Of a stretch of 64,000 bases of DNA, positions 25,249-37,511 are shown piece by piece (positions within the stretch are counted from its first letter, which is position 1; each line of letters begins with the position of its first letter). Made by a program: the position numbers and the translations under genes. Origin of the DNA: Eledone cirrhosa. Taxonomy: Eukaryota. The stretch is from contig OZ024745.1 of the NCBI GenBank assembly GCA_964016885.1, positions 89,528,001 to 89,592,000 of the forward strand, written 5' to 3'. The notes beneath the pieces are model-generated. The model saw nothing but the letters and a program-made list of their open reading frames with translations, searched no databases and had not been told where the DNA came from.

Positions 25249-25981
25249 AGGCAGTTTGTCTGACACCCGTAAATACTGACCCCCCCCCCCCACCTACTTT
25301 CTGTATCTGGACCTAAATATATGTGGCAGTGCTTATGTGCGCGCCTTAATGTCCATATGCTTATGATAATAATATATACACATATATGTGTGTGTGTGGG
25401 TGTGTGTGTGTGTGTATGTTCGTGGTTATGTTATGTTTATGCGTATATGCGCGTGTGTGTGTAAATGTATGTTTATGTGTGTGTATATGAATGTATATAT
25501 GTTTATATACGTATATGTATTTTATCTGTAGATTATAAACATACAGAGACATTAGCCCTGAATTTTTGTATTTACATACATTTTTTCGACATGCGTATGC
25601 ATGTGAACATATATTTTTATGCATATCTGTGAACGAAGTTACTTACATATATACACACACCTAACTGTATTTTCTGGACATATTTCTGTGTATTTCATTG
25701 GTCAATTTGAACTCTGTTCCCAAACAGACCTGTAATTTTGAATTGTTGTTATTATCAATAAATATATTTCATTATTTCTGAAGACGGCATATATATGTGT
25801 TGGTATGTATATTAAATTTGATAGTTTGTATAATTTTGTATAATTTTGTACATAGATCTGTTAAATATGCATGCCAATTCTAACACATATATGTCCTAGA
25901 AACGATCGTTAAATAATGAACTTTTTTTGTTTAATATAAGGAACTGTTTCATTGTTTTATTCATTATTTTTTAATATTTTA
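25249..25981 (+). mobile_element. Inverted terminal repeat (pLTR) at the 5' truncation point of the PLE
   Basis: Near-identical reverse complement of ~15978-16720. Confidence 0.88.
25768..25920 (+). ncRNA. Type I HHR, C·A/GUU variant
   Basis: 10-bp stem I, CTGAAGA, 18-bp stem II (one mismatch), GAAAC-GATC-GTT. Confidence 0.82.
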
Positions 25982-26113
25982 TCTTGACTCTGTATTCCGT
26001 TTATCTTTCACCGAAAGTGATTTTTGAATGCATCTCTTCTTTCCATGATATCCGGATTACATTGAGTTCTTCATACGCACTGGACACTACCGTAAACTCT
26101 TGGTAGATTTATC

Positions 26114-26367
<254 letters not shown>

Positions 26368-26412
26368 GAATAAGGAAATACAAAGTTTAGATGATAAAGT
26401 CCTTTATTGATA

Positions 26413-26494
26413 ACGCCGTGATATATATCTCGATGATGACAGTGGCTACACTATTCGGCGTAGAGCCCACTCTCACGATCTCTTCAGACAGCGT
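26413..26494 (-). ncRNA. Decayed type I HHR (GAAA to GAGA)
   Basis: ACGCTGT-CTGAAGA-GAT..AGTGG/CCACT..ATC-GAGA-TATATA-TC-ACGGCGT. Confidence 0.65.
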
Positions 26495-26725
26495 CTTACA
26501 TAATAAGTTTACTTGATTGTAAACTTATTCTAAAAATACTCCGTCACTCCTATGTGGAAAATGTTCTCGAATTGAATTACTTCAATGCTTTTGCAGCATA
26601 CGTATATAAAGAGAGAGAGATCCCAAGCTAAAACAGGGGTAACAACAGTTTTAAAAGTACTCAATACATTAGTAGATGATTTTATACGAATGAAACAGTT
26701 CTAGTCCATTTCTATATAAATATAT

Positions 26726-26896
<171 letters not shown>

Positions 26897-27355
26897 CGTA
26901 TATAAAGTTGCCGGCAGATAACGTCAGTTAAGATTGGAATTAGAAAACGGTGAGAAATAATTTTACGTTCAATAATATTTCAGCAGAGAACTGCGACATC
27001 TGTGTAATTCACATATATTTCAAAATGTTGATTATGCAGTAAATCATTTATTTCCTAATATTTTCTTAATATATCTTATCTATTTTCACGTTTCTTGCCT
27101 TGATTTCTTTCTTCTTCAATCTACCCATTACCATTCTGTACCATTCCCCTCTTTATCTAGCTTTGCATTGAAACACTCGATAAATTTCGAATCCGTTAAA
27201 TATCTAATTTATAAACATCTGTGTGTGCGCACATACACAAACACACATATACGTATACATATGGTTAAACATACATATACATATATATATAATATATATA
27301 TATAATATAAATATATATATTTATATATATATATATTTATATTATGTATATGTAT

Positions 27356-27386
<31 letters not shown>

Positions 27387-27413
27387 TTAACAATATGTAT
27401 ATATATATATATA

Positions 27414-27480
<67 letters not shown>

Positions 27481-27621
27481 TATACTATTTATATATTCTA
27501 ATATACGCATACTTCATGTATATTTCTTAAACAAATATTAAGATAAGTGCCAAAGACAAGAAGATAATCAAGAAATACATCTTATTCAGAAAATCACAAT
27601 TACTTAACACACACACACACG

Positions 27622-27666
<45 letters not shown>

Positions 27667-28315
27667 CAAGGGTTGATGGACCCAGCCTATTTATCAATGC
27701 CAGTACCGGTTTTATCTCAGTGCACTCCATGGGCAAGGTAAGATACATTCCCAGAGTATACACAAAGTTATTTGCTTCAACACAACACACATAAAACGGG
27801 TGCCTATAAGATTCCCGGACACGAGTTTCTGCCGTACTAATGCAACAGTAAGGTGCACTGCACCATCTGTCTGCATATATTATGCAACAATCCACAATCG
27901 GCTTATGCGGCTTCATCAGCGGGTATCGCCTAATCAATAACCAATCGATCGACAGAATCCTAAGACCAGTCTATAACGGCCATGACAGTTTGTGACGACT
28001 GACACGGTAAAGCTCTTCACAACTGGCACCCGATAGGACTCTATCTCTCAACTAACCACTAATTTACACATTTTACTTGGGGACGGGAAGCTAAAAAGAA
28101 TCAATCTTTTCGTTCCTGTCAGAAGATCTCAGCCAAAGTGTCTCACACACAAATTATCAAGGGGTGAAAAGATGGCCTTTAGAAATAGCAGTTCACATTG
28201 ATATAGAATAGAATGGTAGCTCTCGGTTCATATCTCCAAGCCCCATGGCTAGAGAAAAGCGATGGTAACAATGGTAGTGCCAAAAACCTTTAACGGACTT
28301 TAAATGCGATCATCC

Positions 28316-28356
<41 letters not shown>

Positions 28357-28939
28357 TGTGTCTATGTGTGTATGTGTGTGTGTATGTGGGTATGTGTGTT
28401 TGTATGTGTGTATCTGTATTTGTATTTACATGATATTTATATATGTATTTATACTATATAATTGTTTCTACTTTTGGCAATAATTACTTACATACTAGTA
28501 TTGCAGGATGACAGTGAAGAGAGAAGGCGACACTATGTAGCAAACAGGGCGCTTTGAATTATATATAGGATCCATCTGGCGGAATTCCAGTTTTCGTCTA
28601 TTCAATGTCCCTCACAATGTTTTAGCCATTTCCAGGCTACGGTAAAATCTATTTGGCCAAGATTCTATACAGTGGACATCAATAAAAAATATTTCAATTT
28701 CGAAACGAACGTCTCAGTCCTTCAGCCATGCCTGGCCTGAATTAATATGACATACCATTCCATACTCAAGCTTATCAGAGGTCCTTGCAACATCGGGATA
28801 TATCACATCAACGTTGAAGCTATTTAGCATATATTTCAACAGTTATAATGCTGTAAAAGCAACTAAGACTCGGGAAAGAAAAACACCATGCTACTTGTTA
28901 GTTAGCAAGTCATTTTCCTTTTCTGATAACGTGTACCAT

Positions 28940-29125
<186 letters not shown>

Positions 29126-29129
<4 letters not shown>

Positions 29130-29872
29130 GTTTACATATAAATAAAGTTATAGATATATATGTTGCAACCGGTCACTTTTAAGCTCTATGAAGAATTAAT
29201 AAATTAAATAATCAGAGCAATATATCATAAATCATGCTCTGATTATTTAATTTATTAATTCTTCATAGAGCTTAAAAGTGACCGGTTGCAACATATATAT
29301 ATATCTATGACTTTATGTATATGTAAACCTTTATAGTTAATAATCTCCCGTTAGGTTGAGGTTCAATTTGGCGATATTTGGCTGCGCTTTCTAGCAACAA
29401 GCTTACCCGCCGTAAGCAACCAATCACATTCGTTCTAGCTTGACCACAGCCACATAGCGATTCTTAGCCATTTTTGAATCTAATTTTGACGCGATCAGGT
29501 TGGAGAGCTAGATGTCTGATTTTGAGTTTGTCTCCTGATGAATCCTAACTCAAGACATTCCTATTAATTGGATGTCTAAAAATACGGATGAAACCATGGT
29601 AGAGATATAATTACGGTATGTACACATTTCTTCTAAGTTTAATTTTACACCTAATTGTGTATGGTTGATGATATATTTAGTCAGTTTCTACATGCTGTCG
29701 AAATGTTGGATAAATACTCTATTGGGGCCAACGCGAAGAGGCCACTTTCGGTTATTTGTCGGAGATTTCTTCATAAGAGCGTTTCTTCTTATAGCTTGAT
29801 ATATGGTTAATTATGCTAATTGAAAGAGGAATTGGTATATATTTTATCTAATAATTCTAAGGACATGATTTA
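29126..29872 (+). mobile_element. Non-coding ~650-bp HHR-bearing element with ~95-bp inverted 5' tail
   Basis: 29126-29220 inverts 29236-29333; homologous to 55168-56082. Confidence 0.75.
29529..29607 (+). ncRNA. Type I HHR
   Basis: TGTCTC-CTGATGA-ATCC..AGACATTC/GGATGTCT..GGAT-GAAAC-CATG-GTA-GAGATA. Confidence 0.82.
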
Positions 29873-29874
29873 TG

Positions 29875-29952
<78 letters not shown>

Positions 29953-30054
29953 AGAGTCAGGACCCCTACGGCTGAGCTCCGGCCGTTTCGACAGCTACAT
30001 CGGAGTTTTATTACAATAAACAAGGAAGACGGTTTTATTCGTACATCCCTATTT

Positions 30055-30128
30055 TATCCGTTATACGCATTTCAAAGACGTAGGGCAGTTATTATATAAC
30101 TGCCCTACGTATCCTCTTCAGACAAATA
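30055..30128 (-). ncRNA. Type I HHR with 15-bp perfect stem II
   Basis: TATTTGT-CTGAAGA-GGAT-ACGTAGGGCAGTTAT/ATAACTGCCCTACGT-CTTT-GAAA-TGCGTA-TA-ACGGATA. Confidence 0.78.
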
Positions 30129-30392
30129 TACACACTAGATGTAACATTCCATTGATATGTTGCTGGTCACACGTGTTATTCACTTCGCCGACCAATAAGC
30201 ATATACTTTGAAATACGTATAAAACATAAAACTGTCTTTCTCGTTTATTGTATTTATATAGACAGTCGATTGTCAAATCGGACCAAGGAAACAATGTTTC
30301 CATTGGTCTTTCCAATTGCTAATTCTATCTAACAGTCGCAACTCCAGGTAGAAGGAGCAACGTGAAATAAAGTGTCTTGCTCAAGGACATAA

Positions 30393-30449
<57 letters not shown>

Positions 30450-30455
<6 letters not shown>

Positions 30456-31270
30456 TGAATATAAAAGAAAAGCGAACACTGATATATACATATATGTGTT
30501 CAAATCGTAAGGGACCAGATTCGCTAAGGTGAAAAGAATACTAACTATGGACAATAGGATTTGCCAGACTCAATTTAAGAATAAATCAAGAAAATACATA
30601 CAAACCCGAATTGTGGTAACTACCAATCACCCAGGCAGCTTTGGCTATGCTGCTTCGCCAAATCAATTGTGAAGTGGAACACCGATTCTTGCTCATCGGT
30701 GGGCGAAGAATTAATATCCTGGTCACTTCTAAGTATATAAAAAAACTGAATAGTGTGCGTATATATAATAACGAACATGGTATCTGAACTTAGCGTGTCT
30801 CACACCACTAAAAGTAGCAGTCAGATTTACTGGACATTTGAATTAGCTCAACAAATTAACGGAGCCGAATATTTCAAAGGTATATATTGAGTTAGAAACT
30901 CAAAATAGGCTCTTACAATAAAATAGCTCTAGGAAAGAGATTTTTCCGGGCTGTATATTATCTTTGAATATAAAAGAAAAACAAACACAGATATATACAC
31001 ATATGTGTTCCAATCGTAAGGGACCAGATTCGCTAAGGTGTAAAGAATACTAACTATGGACAATAGGGTTTACCAGACACAATTAAGAATAAATCAAGAA
31101 AATAAATACAAGCCGGAATTGTGGTAACTACCAATCACCCAGACAGCTTTGGCTATGCTGTTTCGCAAAATTAATTGTCAATAGGAATACTGATTCTTGC
31201 TCATCAGTGAGTGAAAAATTAGTATCCTGATCAATTCTAAGTATATTAAAAAACTGAATAGTATGCGTAA
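30450..31270 (-). repeat. 1.6 copies of a 508-bp non-coding HHR-bearing unit
   Basis: gaatataaaagaaaa at 30458 and 30966; HHRs at 30627-30706 (decayed) and 31135-31214; same family at 59917-60716. Confidence 0.82.
31135..31214 (-). ncRNA. Canonical type I HHR (GUC)
   Basis: TCACTCA-CTGATGA-GCAA..TTGC-GAAAC-AGC..GCT-GTC-TGGGTGA. Confidence 0.88.
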
Positions 31271-32358
31271 ATTATACAATATCTCTGCTAGGTTTCTGTA
31301 AATCCGAAATCAACAAAATCCACTTTCGGGTCATGCAAGTTATTGGTTTGGAAGATCAAATATACGATTCACTTTCTCAGCAGGTTTCCGTTCTCAGCCT
31401 CTCCGGTTGTGGATTTTAGCAGTAAACACTGCTGGCAGTCACGTGGTTTTTCCTAAGGGAGCTAACCCCGGGTTTTTAGCTGTCAAAATTCAAAATTTGA
31501 ACAAAGGAATAAATTCCTTTCCACAAACCGAATAAAGCTCTCGACTAGACGCTATTAAACAAACATAAATAATTAACCATTCAATAGAATTGTCTAATTA
31601 AATTAATCAATTAATCAGAAAGTCTAGGAGATAATAATACAACTTGAAGTACAGCATAATTGAAGTACTGGCTGCAGCTAAGCTAACGAATGCAATCGGA
31701 ATGTGCAGCTAATCACTTAATAAGTTATTTTACCTTAGAGTTATAACATTACGTTTAGACAGCATTGAAAATTGAAGACAGCGACCAGTAAGCCAGCCGC
31801 AAGGAGCTAAGCAACGATAGAACTGACTCAGCAAAATATGACAAACCTGGACCATGGCGGCGATATTATACAATATCTCCGCTGGGTTTCTGTAAATACG
31901 AAATCAACAAAATCCACTTTCGAGGCATGCAAGTTATTGGTTTGGAAGATCAAATATACGATTCACTTTCTCAGCAGGTTTCCGTTCTCAGCCGCTCTGG
32001 TTGAGAATTTTAGCAGTAAGCACTGCTGGCAGTCACGTGGTTTTCCCTAAGGGAGCTAACACCCGATTTCTGGTGGTCAAAATTCAAAAGATTGAACAAA
32101 GGAATAAATTCCTTTCCACAAACCGAATAAAGCTCTCGACCAGACGTTATTTAACAAACATAAATAATTAACCAATCAATAGAATTGTCTAATTAAATAA
32201 TCAATTAATCATTAAGTCTAGGAGATAATATTGCAAATGGAAGTACAGCATAATCGAAACTCTGGCTGCTGCTAAGCTAACGAATGTAATCGGAATGTGA
32301 CGCTAAGCACTCAATAAGGTATTTTACCTTAGAGTTATAACATTACGTTTAGACAGCT
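31271..32358. repeat. Tandem duplication, 594-bp period, non-coding
   Basis: attatacaatatctc at 31271 and 31865; both copies run to cattacgtttagacagc. Confidence 0.9.
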
Positions 32359-33185
32359 TTTGATATATTGTTATTCTTGGGAAGGGTCATATTGTTATAA
32401 TATTGCTAGAAATAATAACAGAACACACTCACTGTTTGATTTGGGTTGGTATACATTTATGGCTTGTGGTTCACCAATGGATAGAATTGGTCATTCCGTT
32501 TAGTTAACCAGCATGTAATATATCAATATATATTGTCAGACATACAGAGAGAGACACACACACACACACGCACACACACACACACTCACTCGCACACATA
32601 CACACACATACGCACACACATATATATATTATATATAATATTATTGATATATCTATGTGTGTGCGCATGAGTGTGTGAGTATGTGCGTTTATGTGAGTGT
32701 GTGTATGAGAGTATTTGCGTTGATATGTGTGTGTGCGCGCGCGCCTCTATGTCCATACATGCGTACATGCTTAAAAATTCAGGATATAAAAAACAGGATA
32801 TAAATATTTTCGTAAATTTTCGTCGTTGTAATTTTAAATATCTATTGAAGAGTAATTACTTGTATTTGAGTTGCGAAGATTATGCCATTTGTATTGTAGA
32901 ATATTCTATTTATTATATTAGATTGCAATATTTTATGTAGCTAATATTAATTTTTCAATTTTCTACCAATTTCCACTTGCCTTTAAAGCTATCTTCTATT
33001 TTTGAATGAAATATTTTCAGCCGACTGCTCGTTCTTTTGTAGTAGTTATGTGAAATGGCGGTAGTTTATAAAAATGTGAGAGAAACTATAAAAACGTCCT
33101 ACATTATTCGGTTACGATATGTGTTGTAATCCGAACTTTTTTTTCTTTATTATTAATGTAAGAAATAATTATTATTATTATGCGT

Positions 33186-33616
33186 GGGACAACATGCTTT
33201 GCGGCATAGACTTTATGGCCCTTTACGTTCTATGTTCAAATCCCAGCGAGGTTAGCTTTCCCTTTCATCTTTTCCCATATATATATATACAGTCATAGAT
33301 ATATAAATTATATTATATATAGGCATATGAGTGTGTGTGTGTGTCTCTCTCTCTCTCTCTCTCTGTCTCACTCTCCCTCTCTCTGTATAGATATATATGT
33401 GTGTGTGTGTGTGTACAATAATAATAATTGTTTCTACTTTTGGCACAAGGCCAGCAATTAATCCAGTGTATTACTGGTACTTTATGTTATCGACCCCGTA
33501 AGGAGGAAAGGCAAAGTTAACCCCGGCGGGATTTGAACTCAGAATGGCAAGGGCCGTAACTCTATGCGTCAAAGCATGGTGTCCGCTCCTCTACCGATAC
33601 TGCCAATCCACCGCCC
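33186..33616. mobile_element. SINE fragment (33186-33270 +) and full SINE (33420-33616 -)
   Basis: SINE consensus; tgtacaataataataa flanks the minus copy on both sides (TSD-like). Confidence 0.8.
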
Positions 33617-33673
33617 TGTACAATAATAATAATAAACGTAAAGAAGACATAACAAATCGTCCTTTTATTGTTA

Positions 33674-34723
33674 CTAGCTAACTTACCCAGCTTCGCCCGA
33701 GTAAACAGATGATAAGAGAAGACAGGTAAAAGAGAAAATGACTGTATTGGATGTTTGTCTGGTTACAGTATGAGGTGAGTCCGTGGTGTCTGTGTGATAC
33801 AGAAAACAGTAAAAAAATCTTCCAGATATACCAGATCCTACGTTGTACCGTTTGTGCATAGTATATGAACAATTCTAGGTGCTCCCACCTAGAATAGTGA
33901 CCACTAGGAGATGGTTCATCTTCTGCCTGACTGTAAAACGTGGATCATTGCATAGACGTGGTTGTTTCACGTTTCTCAACAGGATGATGGAAGTTCCAAT
34001 CTTTTATTATATTATATGAAGATATAGATGTAGATAATTAATATGAAAGATGATACACAGCCAGTTCATCTTCAACCGTAGCAGCACACCGTCGCTGCTT
34101 GGCTCCAGTGTTTCGTTGGCGTTATTCAGGCAGCTCCTCTTCATTCATGAAGACAGCTTTGCAAATTGAAGAGAGCGACCAGTAAGCCAGCCTCTGAAGT
34201 TCGGCGTTCCGATGGCGCTGTTCGGCCCGTTTTTCTTCATTCCTGGCTGCACACCGTCGCCGCTGTAGTTCACTGTTTAATAAAGTCGAATTGCTTTTAT
34301 TATCAGTATTCATTTCGAGCAGGCACACAGACAGATGAACTGCGTGGCGATTGTTGAACGTACACACACATACACGCATGGAAACGCACACACGCACGCA
34401 AACATACACACGCACCTGTGCACTTACACACACGCATACACTCACACATGTTGATAGTTTTTACTTTCTGTGGAACGCTGCACGCATGCACACACACATA
34501 AACATGCGCGCACGTATATACACGCGCACACATGGTAATAGTTACAGCGTTCAATTTGCCTCTCTGTTTCTTACTCTCCCCTCTCACTCCCTCATTGGCA
34601 TTATGTATATTAATTTAAGTTTGGCGTCGTTGAGGAGGGCGGAGTCGTTTGAAACCTATGAACCAGTGATAATCGAGAATTATGACACACGGAATACTCT
34701 CATTGTTGAAATTAATATATAGA
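33674..34723 (-). mobile_element. Non-autonomous Helitron
   Basis: Minus strand begins A|TCTATATA and ends CTCGG-GCGAAG-CTGGG hairpin ...CTAG|T with no TSD; internal R/E-rich peptide (LQRRRCAARNEEKRAEQRHRNAELQR) like Rep-helicase N-terminal repeats. Confidence 0.72.
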
Positions 34724-34832
34724 TATTAACACTCAGCTTAGTTCTACACCTCTTTACAGACTGGAAACAATGCATCGAGTGCTCACTCAGGTGAGTCTAT
34801 AGTGACTGCACGTTACACTCCCTATATATATA

Positions 34833-35025
34833 TAATAATTGTTTCTACTTCTGGCACAAGGCCAGCAATTAACCAGTGCATTACTGGTACTTTATTTTAA
34901 TGACCTCGTTAGGGTGAAAGGCAAAGTAAACCTCAGCGGAATTTGAACTCAGAATGGCAAAGACCATAACCCTATGCGTCAAAGCATGGCGTCCGACCTT
35001 CTACCGATACTGCCAATCCACCGCT
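34833..35025 (-). mobile_element. tRNA-derived SINE
   Basis: SINE consensus. Confidence 0.82.
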
Positions 35026-35084
35026 TTAATATATATATGTATTAATAATAATAATAATATATACATATATAATAATAATGATAA

Positions 35085-36694
<1,610 letters not shown>

Positions 36695-36803
36695 CTACGT
36701 TCCCAGGCAATGCATACCTATGCTAGTAAATATATAGGTTTTGTCTTAGTAACTTTGTGGTTCAATGCAAGGAGATGCAGAACAATTTCTTAGCTGAGAA
36801 TAG

Positions 36804-36886
36804 ACTTCCCTGATGACGAAATGATTTCTCCGTGCGTTCCTTCAGAAACCATGTTTATTCCCTTTCAGAAACTAATTAGTTGGAGT
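36804..36886 (+). ncRNA. Type I HHR, C·A/GUU variant
   Basis: ACTTCC-CTGATGA-C-GAAATG..CCTTTC-A-GAAAC-TAATTA-GTT-GGAGT. Confidence 0.75.
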
Positions 36887-37330
36887 GAAATTTTAGTAAG
36901 TTAATTTTTATAATTTTCTTATTTTACGTCTTTCTTATTATTGTTCTGCATCCCCTTGCATTGAACCACAAAGTTACTAAGACAAAACCTATATATTTAC
37001 TAGCATAAGTATGCATCTGTATATATATGTTGGTAGATATACTAATTCTTTATAATTATCTCCAAATTATTTTGTTGAGCAAAAATTTGCCAAAACTGCT
37101 ACTATAGTTCATAATAATGGTTCGGCTGTTGTCTTCTTAACACATCTCTCCTCACTGATTAACCTCGATGTCACGTGATTGATTCTTTTGAATTTGCCAC
37201 CGACCAAGTAGGCAGTGACTTTTTCAATGTCTTGGAACTTAGTCCACGCTTTGCTTTTTTACATCCACTGAATTATTTTTATATAAGTCACCTGTGTCCA
37301 CGCATTGCGTGGGAACTTAGCTGAGAATAG

Positions 37331-37413
37331 ACTTCCCTGGTGACGAAAGGATTTCTCCTTGCGTTCCTTCGGAAACCATGTTTATCCTCTTTCAGAAACT
37401 AATTAGTTGGAGT
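37331..37413 (+). ncRNA. Type I HHR, C·A/GUU variant with A6G decay
   Basis: CTGGTGA-C-GAAAGG..TCTTTC-A-GAAAC-TAATTA-GTT. Confidence 0.62.
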
Positions 37414-37461
37414 GAAATTTTAGTAAGTAAGTTAATTTTTATAATTTTCTTATTTTACGTC

Positions 37462-37507
<46 letters not shown>

Positions 37508-37511
<4 letters not shown>

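Larger units (their letters stand above)
36710..37446 (+). repeat. Diverged relative of the 558-bp array: 527-bp period, two HHRs, inverted 5' piece
   Basis: agctgagaatagacttccctg(a/g)tgac at ~36792 and ~37319; 36710-36786 inverts 36939-37016. Confidence 0.85.

Noticed and set aside
28560-28740. Decayed copy of another cephalopod SINE
   Set aside because: Resemblance is from memory only and too degenerate to bound.
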